Shown: positions 50,946-62,890 of the stretch, in pieces
How positions within the stretch are numbered: the first letter of the stretch is position 1
Layout of the letters: the number at the start of each line of letters is the position of its first letter
Assembly (NCBI GenBank): GCA_043228905.1
Contig: JBHGNT010000014.1
Coordinates: 20,088,001 to 20,152,000, forward strand
Length of the DNA: 64,000 nucleotides
Reading direction: 5' to 3'
DNA from: Azolla caroliniana
Taxonomy: Eukaryota > Plantae > Polypodiophyta
Program-made: the position numbers and the translations under genes
The notes under the pieces: model-generated
The model's database searches: none
What the model was told of the DNA's origin: nothing
The model's input: only the letters and a program-made list of their open reading frames with translations

Positions 50946-53900
50946 TTTTTTTTTTTTTTTTTTTTTCCAAAAAAAGATACTACATTAGTATTAGAAAACC
51001 GCCATAAGGCTAAACATACAAGCTATACCGATCCCCTATATTTTCCTAAAGTCTAACCATTGGCTTGAATAAACACTTTGGTGTTGAGTAGAACCACTCC
51101 ACCTTACCAAAATACCGTCTATAAAATATACCTATGTCCCAAATGGCATGAAACTCCACCCGCCTAAGCTCCGCTTGATGCGTATTACCTTTTATACCAT
51201 CCAAAATCCCTCTAAGATTATGTACAATCTCTATCCAAATTCCGGAGATTATTTGAGCAGGTCTTTCAATCATATTTTGAAATACCTTCAAACATCGAGC
51301 CTTCCAAATATACCAAATTGTAATACTACTTACCAATTGCCATATTTGAGGTTTATCAGTTTGTATTTGTGGATTCGGAGGGATCAAAATTTTTTCCATC
51401 ATACCATGCCTCACCATAATAGCATCCGCAACCTCCTCATGTTCATATTCCATCGGTTTATCATGTACCGCTGCCCATAATACTGCACCCCATGTGTACA
51501 CTGCTCTAGGATATATTGGAATTAAAAATTTTATAATTTGTTTCCATATATCCAGAGCAAAACCACAACTCCACAAACAATGTTTAGCAGTCTCTATTAC
51601 ATCTGTACAAAAAGGACACATCTTGTCTACATTTCCTTTTCGCCACCCATTAACTGGTATAGCATTATGAACCAACAACCATCGAAAACCAACAATTTTC
51701 CTACTCATCTTTATACCCCATAACCATTTCCAAAATTGTTTAAGATGTTGTGGAGAAAGTTCATTTCGTCTCCAAACAATATTTGCAGTTGGTTCTTTCC
51801 ATGATCTAGCAGCTAATACTTTCCTACCAATCCTCACAGAATACTGAAAAAACGGCACATAATTGATGTTATCTTGCATCCTCACCTTCCAATACAGTTC
51901 TCCAGGATCCCAAGTTAGTGTAGATATTGATCTCCTTTCCAAAATCCAAATCCTCCACAAACAATTCACCTTTTGAGGATCCGGGTCTAATACCCAATTT
52001 GATCCATCATTTGCAATCACCCTCACTTCTTTATGTAAACAAAAACTAAACAAATCATGTTCCATAGATGTACAGATTAACCTACCATCATCCTGTACAT
52101 CAAAAGTCATGCATTCTTGTTCCGCAATATAGGCTTTCACTCCAATTAAAACATCCAATGGAGTAAATAAACCCATCCACTTGTGTGTAGTATATCCAAT
52201 TTGCATTTGAACATTAACAAGGGCATTCTGGATCGCAGAATACATTATCTTCCCACCCCTTATATTACTAATTAATAGCATTTGTTGATCTATAGATTTA
52301 GACAAAAAAGTTATCCATGCACCTATAGACTGTGCTGGCCCACGATCTAATTCTGCCCATGCACATTTAGTACGCTTTCCCAACATTTGTCCTCTTAGAT
52401 CAGTCAACCATGAATTCCAAATCAGCGGTTGCCTACAGAATTCAGATTCTGTTTTTGGCAATGTCTTAACTACATCACGAGAAATATCTTTCCATGCTTT
52501 AAGAACACATCGAGCAAATCTATCTTCCCAACTTGTAGCAATAGCCAATTTATTATGTTCCATAAAAGCCCATCTAGCACTAGGCGTCCAATCTCCACCC
52601 GTCTTGGGACAAAACCTTTCCAATTCATAAAACAACAATTGTTTCCAAGGTTCCGATCCTGGCAATAATCCTCGAATCACCAATTTTGCCATTAAAGCTT
52701 TCGATTGTTGTAATGGATCCACAATCCCTAATCCTCCTTGATCCAATGGCTTAACAATTGTGGACCAAGAGACTTTTGCCCTAGCATGGCTTCCATCATT
52801 ACCAGACCACAAATAATTTCGAATCAATCTTTGCAATTGTCCCATACATGATCTCGAAAAACTCCAACATGACATAATATACCAGAGACTAGACAACAAA
52901 ACATGATTAACGACTATCACTCTACCCGCAAATGATAGTTTAGCTTTACTCCAAAACATAAGTTTTTTCCTAATTTTCAATAACAAAGAAGCAACCTGAA
53001 TTTCTGAAGAAATATTCAACCCTACTTGACATCCCAAATATCTAACTGAAGTGCCCTCGGGAACCCATCTGAAATCTGGATGAGGACTCCATTGTGGAGT
53101 TGTGGAATCGGACGACACCCAAAAACCCACTGATTTATTCCAATTAATTGCTGCACCTGCAGCTATACAAAATGTTTGCATTGCTGTGTACATTTTCTGC
53201 AGATTATTATTGTGACAATCCAGATACAAACTTGTGTCATCAGCAAATTCTACATCAACCACATTTGTCCCATCAATGGGCATTGCTATTCCTTTTAATC
53301 CAACATCTTCAGCAGTCAAAAACAAACTCATTGCTTCAGCAAAAAACAGAAATAGATATGGTGCAAGTGGACAGCCTTGTCTTACACTTCGGGAAATTTG
53401 AAACTCATCACCTTTAACCCCTCCAGCCAAAACAGAACTGCATGCTGAATTATACAAAGAAGACACTCCTATCACCCATTTCTCCGGAAAACCCAATCTT
53501 ACAAGAGTACCCTGAAGGAATTCCCAATCAACACGATCATATGCTTTTTCAAAGTCAAGTAACAAAATCACTAAATTCTCTTTTTTCTTCCTAGCCAAGG
53601 CAATGACTTCCCAAAAAAAGAACAAATTATCCAGTATACTTCTTTCCTGAATAAAACCTGTTTGGGTGATATGAATCAAATCATGCAAAAAAGGTTGCAC
53701 TCTCAAAGCCAATGTTTTTGCAAAGACTTTATATATTGTATTTAACAAAGTTATTGGTCTCCATTTTCTAATATCATCTGATATACCTTCACCCTTAGGT
53801 ATTAAATAAATCAAACCAACTGCCATACTACGAGGCATATACCCAGTGTCAAAAATTCTTTGATAAGCTTTTGTTAAATCTTCCCCAATATATTCCCAAT

Positions 53901-55379
53901 AATTGAGGAAAAAATGTGGAGTAATTCCATCCTCCCCTGGACAAGACATAAGACTTAAAGCTCTAAGTGCATTATGTATTTCCATAATGTCAAAGGGCTT
54001 AACTAATGCAACCTTCATTTCATTTGTAACTTTTGGCTTAATTTGATCCCACACCCGTTTCCTACTTATGTGGACAGATTCTGTAGCCACATCAGCAGTC
54101 AACAATTTAGCATAATACGTAGTAGCAATTTGTACAATTTCTGACTCATCTACTGTTAAGGAGCCATCTTCCCTCCTTAATTGTTTAATTCCTATTGTCG
54201 ACCATTTCGGTGCAACTTGGGAAAAAAACATCTTGTTTACTTTGTCACCTACTTGTGTCCATTTTGAAGCGGAAGCTTGATATTGAAAGTTTAAAATGTT
54301 GTCCTCAATCTTTCTTAATTCCCATTTCGCATTATGTAAAGCATTTGCTGTCCATTCACACAATGGATCCCTTTCTTGAAAATGTTGCAACGATGCCAAG
54401 GCACGATGCATACTATTAATTTTCTGTGTATATGTTTCCTTTTTCCCCTGTACCCAAGAGATTAAAAAACTACTAATATGAGATATTGCCAAGGTCACAT
54501 TGTCTTCCACATTTCCAATTTGCGATAAAGTTTGTCTCCATATATACATAACTTGTTCAGTAATTATAGACTTTGTAAACAATTCTGGTGGAATTCTTAT
54601 TCTCCCTTGCTGCTTATGTTTTTTCCCAACCTTAAGTTGTAATACAACTGGGGCATGATCGGAGAAAGTCGTACCTGGATAAATGCCAACACTCCCTCCT
54701 ATCTCCGCAAATAAATCATCAACATAAATCCTATCAATTCTTGACAGGTTTGCCCCGTTTACTCTTCTATCAGATCTAGAAAACCGTAACGAATTATGTA
54801 GTTTTCCAAATGATGGTAAATGCCAAACATCCACCAACCTTCTACTTATAGTAAATCTTTCCCATGCAGATAATTCTAGACCATGCATTGTTACTCCACC
54901 CTCACCACTCCTATCCTCAGGGTCCTCAATCATATAAAGTCTCCTGCTATACACCAATGATGTACAGTTGGCAATGATCTATCCAATTCAATCCACATCT
55001 TTAATCGTTCTCTAGAAGAATTAGGAGCATATAAATTCAAAACACCAACCTTTTTATTATGAAATTCCATGATAACATATTGTGCTCTTCCCAAGAACAA
55101 ATTTCCTACCTCCAACATCTTTACTTGCCATATATCCCGAATAGCCATACATAATCCACCTTTAAGTTGTGTTGATCCATATGCTGGAACCCACACCATT
55201 TCCCATTTTCCAGGCAATAATGAACCATAGGGTTTAGTACGCCTTTCATTTAGGTGATGTTCTTGTAACATCACTATGTCCACTTGCCCAATTATACATT
55301 TATGTAGCTCTTGCCGAAATCTCCTTTTATATTGTTTACATAAAGATCCCCCAAGACCTTGAACATTCCATGTGATTCT
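50946..55379 (-). mobile_element. L1-type LINE, ORF2 only, nearly intact
   Basis: A long T-run (poly(A)) begins at 50946. ORF2 runs from ITWNVQGLG (about 55376) through APE, RT and zf-RVT to the stop at 51046. No TSD found. Confidence 0.93.
51046..55376 (-). pseudogene. LINE ORF2 with a single frameshift at the APE GDFN motif
   Basis: ORFs 54930-55283 (QEHHL, NLYAPN, AGDF) and 51046-54957 (SRIDRIY, SDHAPV, EFADD, CPFC..ETAKHCLWSC) join if one base is restored in GAC TTT A-T ATG at about 54935. Confidence 0.88.
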
Positions 55380-55573
55380 TCAATAACAACTAAAGTAGAT
55401 GGCCAAAAGGATATTCCTCGCAAATCACCATGACTTTGGAATCTTTCAACCCTTCAATATAATTGTGAAAAAATTTCCTTCACAACTAAACAAACATAAA
55501 TTTTGTTTTTTCTACTAGAGTCAATTTTTTTGGTGTATTGTAGACCATAAACAACTTTTGGCAATTTTAATTA

Positions 55574-55854
55574 GGGAAAAGTACCAAGATACCCCTGGAA
55601 GTTCCAATTTACCAAACTACCCCTATGTCCAAAAAATTACACTTTATAAAGTAATTATACACACAAATCTACAAGCCCTATTTATCAAAGATGGAAGAAA
55701 TGGACCCGAACTAGCGCTATTTACCAAAGATTTGAGTGTATACTTACTTTATAAAGTGTATTTTTTGGACATAGGTGTAGTTTGGTCAATTTGGAACTTC
55801 CAGGGGTATTCTGGTAAATAGACGAACTTCCAGGGGTATCCTGGTACTTTTCCC
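55574..55854. mobile_element. MULE MITE (281 bp), same family as 48200-49220
   Basis: Same GGGAAAAGTACCA...TGGTACTTTTCCC TIRs. 9-bp TSD TTTTAATTA (55565-55573, 55855-55863). Confidence 0.92.
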
Positions 55855-57334
55855 TTTTAATTACTTTCAGAATTTCCAACATTTTCTACATACAATTATC
55901 AAATATTTGAGCCCTTCCCATGAGTTTTGAATCTCCAACATTAGTTTCAATTACTAGAACTTTCATTACTTGTTTTCAAGCTTTCCAACACTATGATAAA
56001 ATGGTAGTATATCATATATGCATTATGACAAATCATGGAAACTACCAATTCTCATGCACTTGGGATATACTATTTTACTATTGTTCTCTCTTTTTCTCCT
56101 TCCCCTTTTGTCTATATTCCTAGGCTCGGCCTCGTCCCACATATCACAATCAATCTCCAATAGATGTTAAAAGATACATGTCAATTTAACTCTATGTCTC
56201 TCTCCGTCTCTATCTAGGTACATGGTGTGCTTACCATCACTAGACAAAGGATGTGGGTTTTTAGTTAGTCTTTTCCCATTGACCTACTCTTTGAGATTTG
56301 GCAACTACCCCATACATTGTTGAACTACTCTAATATATGTTCCGTTTTTCCAAACTTTATGTCCTTAAATTGTAAAAGTTACATATTTCACTCCTAGAAA
56401 TATTTTAATTGCTCATATTACAAGATAAGAAGAGGGCATTTGAACTATCCCCTGAGATGGGGACAAGAGGTCATCCAAGACATTTGATCCGAAAGTCACT
56501 AAATACACCCACGATCATATAGGGCTTTCTCCCATCTCTATTCTCTATCTTCTCGTTGTATCATCATGTTGAAACCCTTATTACACTCGTTACAAGTGGA
56601 ACATTGTTTCATAAGTTTATTTGTTCATGAAGAAATTGATAGAGTTCATTCTCTCTACCCCCCTCCCCAATTTACCCTAAATATATTTCAAACATGGGTT
56701 TCATGCATTAGAAATACGATTATTGAGCATACAAATTGTACATTATCGTTATCGTTTTTTTTTTCCAAAAAAGAATATACTCCTTTAGTTAAAATATACA
56801 CAAACTCGATCCCTTTCTCGGGAAGACCGAGACAAGACTATCCTATCCTACACAAGAGATCTTGCTTATTTATCTTACACTTTCACATATGGCTCTAGCC
56901 ATCCTTTCATGCACATCACCTACAGTCACTATCCCACATGCCATGTCTTTCACGCCCCTCGTTCATCTAATGGGAGGGGGGAACAACCATTTGAGTACTT
57001 CATACTTCCATAGTATATCCATTCCATTTGTTGCGGCCATCGGTGTAGTACACCATCGCTTTTGAAAATTCAGCCTCATTAGTTTTGCATCATCATTAGT
57101 ACCATCAATCCGCTCATATTGAGCTCTTAGTGTAATTATTAATGTGTGCAAGATTAGCTTAATCGATTCAGCTGGGGGGGCGTTTGTGTGCTGAAAATAC
57201 CCTGGTACACCTTGTTGTCCATATATACCATATAGTAATGGGGGCAAACAACATCCAAAAATCTCCAAGTTTTTGATTCTGTGCACAAGTTGTAGGTACC
57301 CTGTTGTCTGTGATCAACCGCACAATGCCATTCT

Positions 57335-57633
57335 TGTTGGAGACAAGGCCGTGTCGCGGAAGATCAAGTAGCATTCGATTGGGGTTGAGTACCTGCGTAT
57401 GACAGTTTCCAAGATCGTGCACAGAGAGAGAGAGAGAGAGAGGAGGCACAAAAGAACTCTTTCTATTCAATAGAAAACAATAATACAACCAACCTTACAA
57501 AAAGGTTACAATGTCACTTTATATAGTGACCGACTTAGGGCAACTACCCTTTATGCTAATTACACAAATGGCCCAAACTTGAGCTATACAAGGGGATAGT
57601 ATGAATACGTCCATTATACACTTGTATTCGACA
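57335..57633 (-). repeat. 3' LTR
   Basis: Matches 62592-62890 and is adjacent to the PPT at 57634-57640. Confidence 0.97.
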
Positions 57634-57826
57634 CTCCCCCGTAATGGGCGTATACATGGGTTATCTTAGATTACAGGTATAAACCTAGGTTCTCGGACAT
57701 ATCAGTTTTGTTCGAGTCGGCAGGGTCCGAAGGCAGAAGACCGGACTGGTCGGGTCGGAAGAGTTGAAGCCGATCATTAAGGAACTGATGTCGGTTGTCG
57801 GAAACCATCCTGCGCTGTGTCCGGCT

Positions 57827-60800
57827 CTAACCGGACTGGTTTGTCGTTACGCCCATCTGATGCCGAAGAGACCGAAAGCGGTCTGCCGAAAGACACTTGG
57901 TCATTCCATCTGCGACATTGTCGGTTGTGGATATTTTCTCTAGACCGATTTTCCCTGAAATGACGCAGTCCCGAACGAAGTGATATCGAACGTCGATATG
58001 TTTGGAGGCGTTGTGGTGAACCGGATTTTTCGACAGGGCAACAGCACCTTGACTGTCGCTATAGACAACTGGGGCCGAGTCATGGTCGACTTGCCGAAAC
58101 GTGTGCGCCAGCCGGCCGAGCCACAAAGCTTCTTTTGCAGCGTCGGACGCAGCTACATATTCTGCTTCGGTCGTTGAGGTCGCTGTGCACTCCTGAAGTT
58201 TCGACTTCCACGAAATTGCTCCATTGCCGAATTTGAAGCAGTATCCGGTTGTTGATTTCCGACTGTCTATACAGCCGGCGAAATCCGAGTCGGTGTAACC
58301 GACTACGCCTGAGGTTCGGTTCGGACCGAAAAGAATGTCGTGGTCTTTTGTGCCAGCCAGATATCTGAACACATGCTTGACTGCGTTCCAATGCGATCGG
58401 CCAGGATTGTGCATAAATCTGCTAATGACTCCTACGGCATGAGAGATATCAGGCCGTGTCGCGACCATCAGGTACATAAGGGAGCCGATTGCCGGTGCAT
58501 ACGGTACCGACTTCATATCTTCCCCCTCCGGGCCGGATGTCGGGCAGTCTCGCTGAGAGAGCCGAAGATTCATGGGGAGCGGGGTTGAAGCAGATTTGGC
58601 TGATTGCATGTTGAAGTGTTCCAAGACACGTCCGATATAGTCGGTCTGAGACAAAAAAAGATGTCTTTTATCGCGGTGCCGACTAATCTTCATGCCAAGT
58701 ATGTGTCGTGCCGGACCGAGGTCCTTCATGGCAAACTTCAACCGCAGTTGCCGAATGAGATCGGCAAGTTCGCCCGCGTGGCGTCCAGAAATTAGCATGT
58801 CGTCCACGTAAATGATGAGGAAGATGGGTGATCCATCTTGAGCTGTGGTGGTAAAGAGACAATGGTCCTCATCGCTTTTGGAGAAGCCGATCGATTGGAT
58901 GAAGTCGTCGAACTTCTTGTACCATTGTCGCGGTGCCTGTTTGAGGCCGTATAGACTCTTCCTGAGTCGGCAGACTAGATGTTCTTGGCCAGTTGCTACG
59001 AAGCCTTTTGGCTGCTCCATATAAATTTCCTCTTCAAGATCACCATGGAGGAAGGCTGTTTTGACATCTAGCTGAATCAGCTCCAAGTTGTCGGCTGCCA
59101 CTACGCCGAGTAGAAAACGAAGGGTTGTCATTTTCACCACTGGTGAAAAAATCTCGTCGAAGTCGACGCCATATTCTTGTCGGAAGCCCTTCGCAACTAA
59201 TCTGGCCTTGTACTTTGGGGTGGTCGAATCAGACGTCTCTTTTAGTCGATAAACCCACTTGCAAGGAAGAGCACGTCGATTCTTAGGTAATTCGACCAGG
59301 TCCCAAGTCTTGTTTGCCCGAATGGAGTGCATTTCCGACTCCATCGCCAGATGCCAGGTGGCTGAATCGACAGATGTCGATGCTTCTTCGTAAGACGTCG
59401 GTTCGCCGGCGTCGGTGAAGAAAATTCCAGGAGAATACCTCTCCGGAGGTTGCGACAGTCTCTCGGATCGTCGAGGTATGACTGGACTGGTCGCATCGGG
59501 TATCGAGGTCGGATGGTCCGAAAGCGAATTATTCTGCTGTACCGAGTCGGAGTTGTCCGAGTCGGTAGTGCAAGGTTCAGCTACCCGTGAAGCTGACCGT
59601 GTGTTAAGAGCGGGGCCTTCTTGAAGGGTCGGCACATCGGAAAATGTTACCCTTCGGACTTCGATCGGTGTTTTGACTGATGGATTCATAGCCGACTCGT
59701 TGAACACAACGTCCGAACTTCGAACGATTTGTCTGCGTTCGGGGTCCCAGAGTCGGTATCCCATTTCGCCGTCTGATCCATATCCAAGGAAAATGCATTT
59801 CCTGGACCGAGGTGCAAGTTTTCGGCGATCATCTTTCGGAATAAGGGCGTACGCCTCGCATCCGAAAATCCTCAGCTTGTCGTAATTCGGCTTACTGCCG
59901 ATCCATAGTTCCTGAGGAATTTGAAGTCCTAGAGGTCTGCTTGGCGACATATTGATTATGTGTACTGCCGTGAGTAGAGCCTCTGCCCAGAAGCCATCCG
60001 ACAGTCCGGAGTGTTGGAGCATGGAAACTATCCGTTCTTGGATTGTCCGATTCATGCGTTCTGCAATCCCGTTTTGCTCCGGACTGTGTGGTGCCGTAAA
60101 TTCACGTCGGATGCCGCGTTGTCGGCAGAATTTGACGAATTCTTCTGATTTGAACTCTCCCCCATTGTCGGTCCGAAAGCATTTCAGTTTTCGGTCAGTT
60201 TGATTTTCCACCATAGCGAGCCAATCGGAGAAGATCGAGAGGACACGATCTTTGGTGCGAATTGGATAAGCCCACACCTTTCGAGTCGAATCGTCAATAA
60301 AACTGACGAAGTAAGAGGCACCGCCGAGAGACTGATGCGGCATTGGGCCACAGACGTCCGAGTGGACTAAATCGAGAGGTCTCGTTTCTCTTGGTGCTGA
60401 TGTCGGGTGTGATGCGGCTGCATGTTTGCCATACTGGCAATGTTCGCAGAATTGATGGTCCGAGAAGGAGAGTTTAGGGATGTATCCGGCTCTAGATAGG
60501 TGCGTAATGCCGGCCTTGCTGAGGTGTCCTAATCTTCTGTGCCATAGTGATGACACAGGAATATCCACCAAAAACAGGTTACCCTCTCTGAGCGTAACAT
60601 GTAACGGATACAGTGAGTGTATCTTGGGTCCTCTAGCAAGCAGGAGGTTCCCCCTGTGGAGTGTCCACCCTCCCGAAGAAAAACCGGCAAGAATGCCGTC
60701 TTCATCTAGTTGTCCGACTGAGATCAATGGCCTTGAGAGCTCGGGTACATGTCGGACATTGTGAAGTACAAGTGTAGAGCCACCTGCAAGGTTGAGCTCT

Positions 60801-61861
60801 ACTGTGCCGATTCCAATGATGTCACAGTGTTGCGAGTTGCCGACTCGAACTGAGTCGGAGTGACGGATCGTATATTGCCGAAATTGGGATCGATGAGGAG
60901 TCACGTGAAATGACGCGCCCGAATCTAAGAGCCATGTGCTCGATTCTTCAGTCGTGAGTAGAACTTCTGATCCGACTGGATTTTCGATTGATAGTATATT
61001 TGGGTCGTTTGGTAGCACATCAGCTGAGAAGCTGACGTAATTGATCTCCTCATGTCGGCCACTCTTCTTGTCTGATTTCTGAGACTTGTCGTTCTTGTTC
61101 TTGAGTGCGCGGCAGTCGGCTTTGATGTGTCCGGGTTTCTTGCAATAGTTGCAGATTCGATTATCCCGTGACTGGCTCCGTCTTCGCTGATTGTTCGGCT
61201 GCCGTCAGGAATCTCTTCCTCGTATGTTCGATCGGTCTGTCGAACCTTGTACTACATAAGCGTCGTCTGTTGAATCTTTAGCGAAAGACTTTCTCCGAGC
61301 TGCTTCGGTCAGGATTGCGCTCGTGACTTCGGAGTATTTAACAGCCGTGGTTGACGCGTTGCACACGGTTGTGACGAAAGTTTCCCATGATGAGGGAAGG
61401 CTGCTCATGAGTATCATTGCTCTGAGTTCATCCTCGATTGCCGTCCCCTGAGATGAGATTTGGGAGCTTATGCTTTCGTACTCATTGAGATGTGCTTGAA
61501 CCGAGTCTGATTCTTTCATCCGCAAGTTGTAGAGACGCCGGATCAGAAACATCTTCGTTGCAGCGACCTTCTTTTCGTAGGTGTCCGACAGTGTTTTCCA
61601 CAGTTCGAATGCTGTCGTACACGATTGCACCGTAAAGTATACCGATTCCGATAGGTGCATCCGAATCGTGGCGCGGACGATTCTGTCCAGCTTCTGCCAC
61701 TCAATTGGTTTGTATCCTTCTGGAGGTTCTTCATTTTCGATGGGATCGATTTGCCCCTTGACTATGAGATAGTCCTGCATTTGCTCCTTCCAGAAGTTGA
61801 AGTTCGATCCATCGAACTTTCGTAGACTCATTTCTGACGAGCCGGATGTTGATGCCATCAA
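57827..61861 (-). CDS. copia Gag-Pol (1345 codons) with one in-frame TGA at 61205-61207
   Basis: KFDGSNF.FWK, then the stop, then CNYCKKPGHIKADC knuckle, WLLDSGAS protease, HRRLGH...CEHC and DDS/DNGGEF/NGIAE integrase, YVDD RT and TEAEY RNase H. The two listed ORFs are in the same frame with no other stop between them. Confidence 0.93.
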
Positions 61862-62577
61862 ATTTGGTTTCGGTTGACGAAGCTCGGTTCGGAGTTGACT
61901 ACGAACCTTGTTGGAGTGCAGCCGGTTGGCTCACCCGATATCGTTCTAGTCGGATTTGAACCCGAGTCGGTTCGGCTTCGGATATATGTATTGTTGAACT
62001 TGCTCGAATTGACTCCGGTAACTTGAGGGACAGAACCGACTGGTCTTCCCGAATGTTGCCGAGTCGGAGTGAGCCCGGTTCGCTTCCGAATATATATGCC
62101 AAATACCGATTATTGAAACCGATTGTCTGGACCAATTCTGCTTCGGGTGGCTGCAGCGACGAGAGAGACGGATCCAACTGATCCTCCCGAATGTCGATCA
62201 GCCGGATGAAGCACGAATTGGGGTTGTTGTCTTGAGACCGATCTGCACCGAGTGGTTACAATGAGCGGCGAGCAGCGTTTGATGACCTCTTCGGATGTCG
62301 TTTAACCGAGTGGAGCACGATCGTGTCAATGTTGCACAAGGGGATTTCACCTCGAGCGGTTACGATCACAAGGAACAGAGTACAACCGGCTGGCTTACTC
62401 CAAGCGAAGATGATCTAACGCGATGAGATGCAAGCCTCGTTTTTCTTCTTCTTCTCTGTTTCTTCGAATGACGACTAGGATGAAGCGAAAGGCCGAATAC
62501 TGTGCAGGCTGTGATGACGCGAAGGACCGAATGCTGTGCAGGCTGAGACGACGGCCGACAGTGGGTTGAGGAACCTT

Positions 62578-62589
62578 GCTCTGATACCA
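62578..62589 (-). promoter_or_regulatory. Primer binding site (tRNA-iMet)
   Basis: TGGTATCAGAGC, 2 nt inside the 5' LTR end. Confidence 0.95.
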
Positions 62590-62591
62590 AA

Positions 62592-62890
62592 TGTTGGAGA
62601 CAAGGCCGTGTCGCGGAAGATCAAGTAGCATTCGATTGGGGTTGAGTACCTGCGTATGACAGTTTCCAAGATCGTGCACAGAGAGAGAGAGAGAGAGAGG
62701 AGGCACAAAAGAACTCTTTCTATTCAATAGAAAACAATAATACAACCAACCTTACAAAAAGGTTACAATGTCACTTTATATAGTGACCGACTTAGGGCAA
62801 CTACCCTTTATGCTAATTACACAAATGGCCCAAACTTGAGCTATACAAGGGGATAGTATGAATACGTCCATTATACACTTGTATTCGACA
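62592..62890 (-). repeat. 5' LTR
   Basis: Matches 57335-57633. Its TATATAAA box overlaps a short GTCACT/AGTGAC inverted repeat. Confidence 0.97.

Larger units (their letters stand above)
57335..62890 (-). mobile_element. Full-length Ty1/copia LTR retrotransposon (5556 bp), very recent
   Basis: Two 299-bp TG...CA LTRs that look identical by eye, 5-bp TSD ATTCT, PBS TGGTATCAGAGC, PPT GGGGGAG and gag-PR-IN-RT-RH order. Confidence 0.98.

Noticed and set aside
57980-60764. Multiple + strand ORFs within the copia
   Set aside because: Antisense shadows of the GC-rich pol frame
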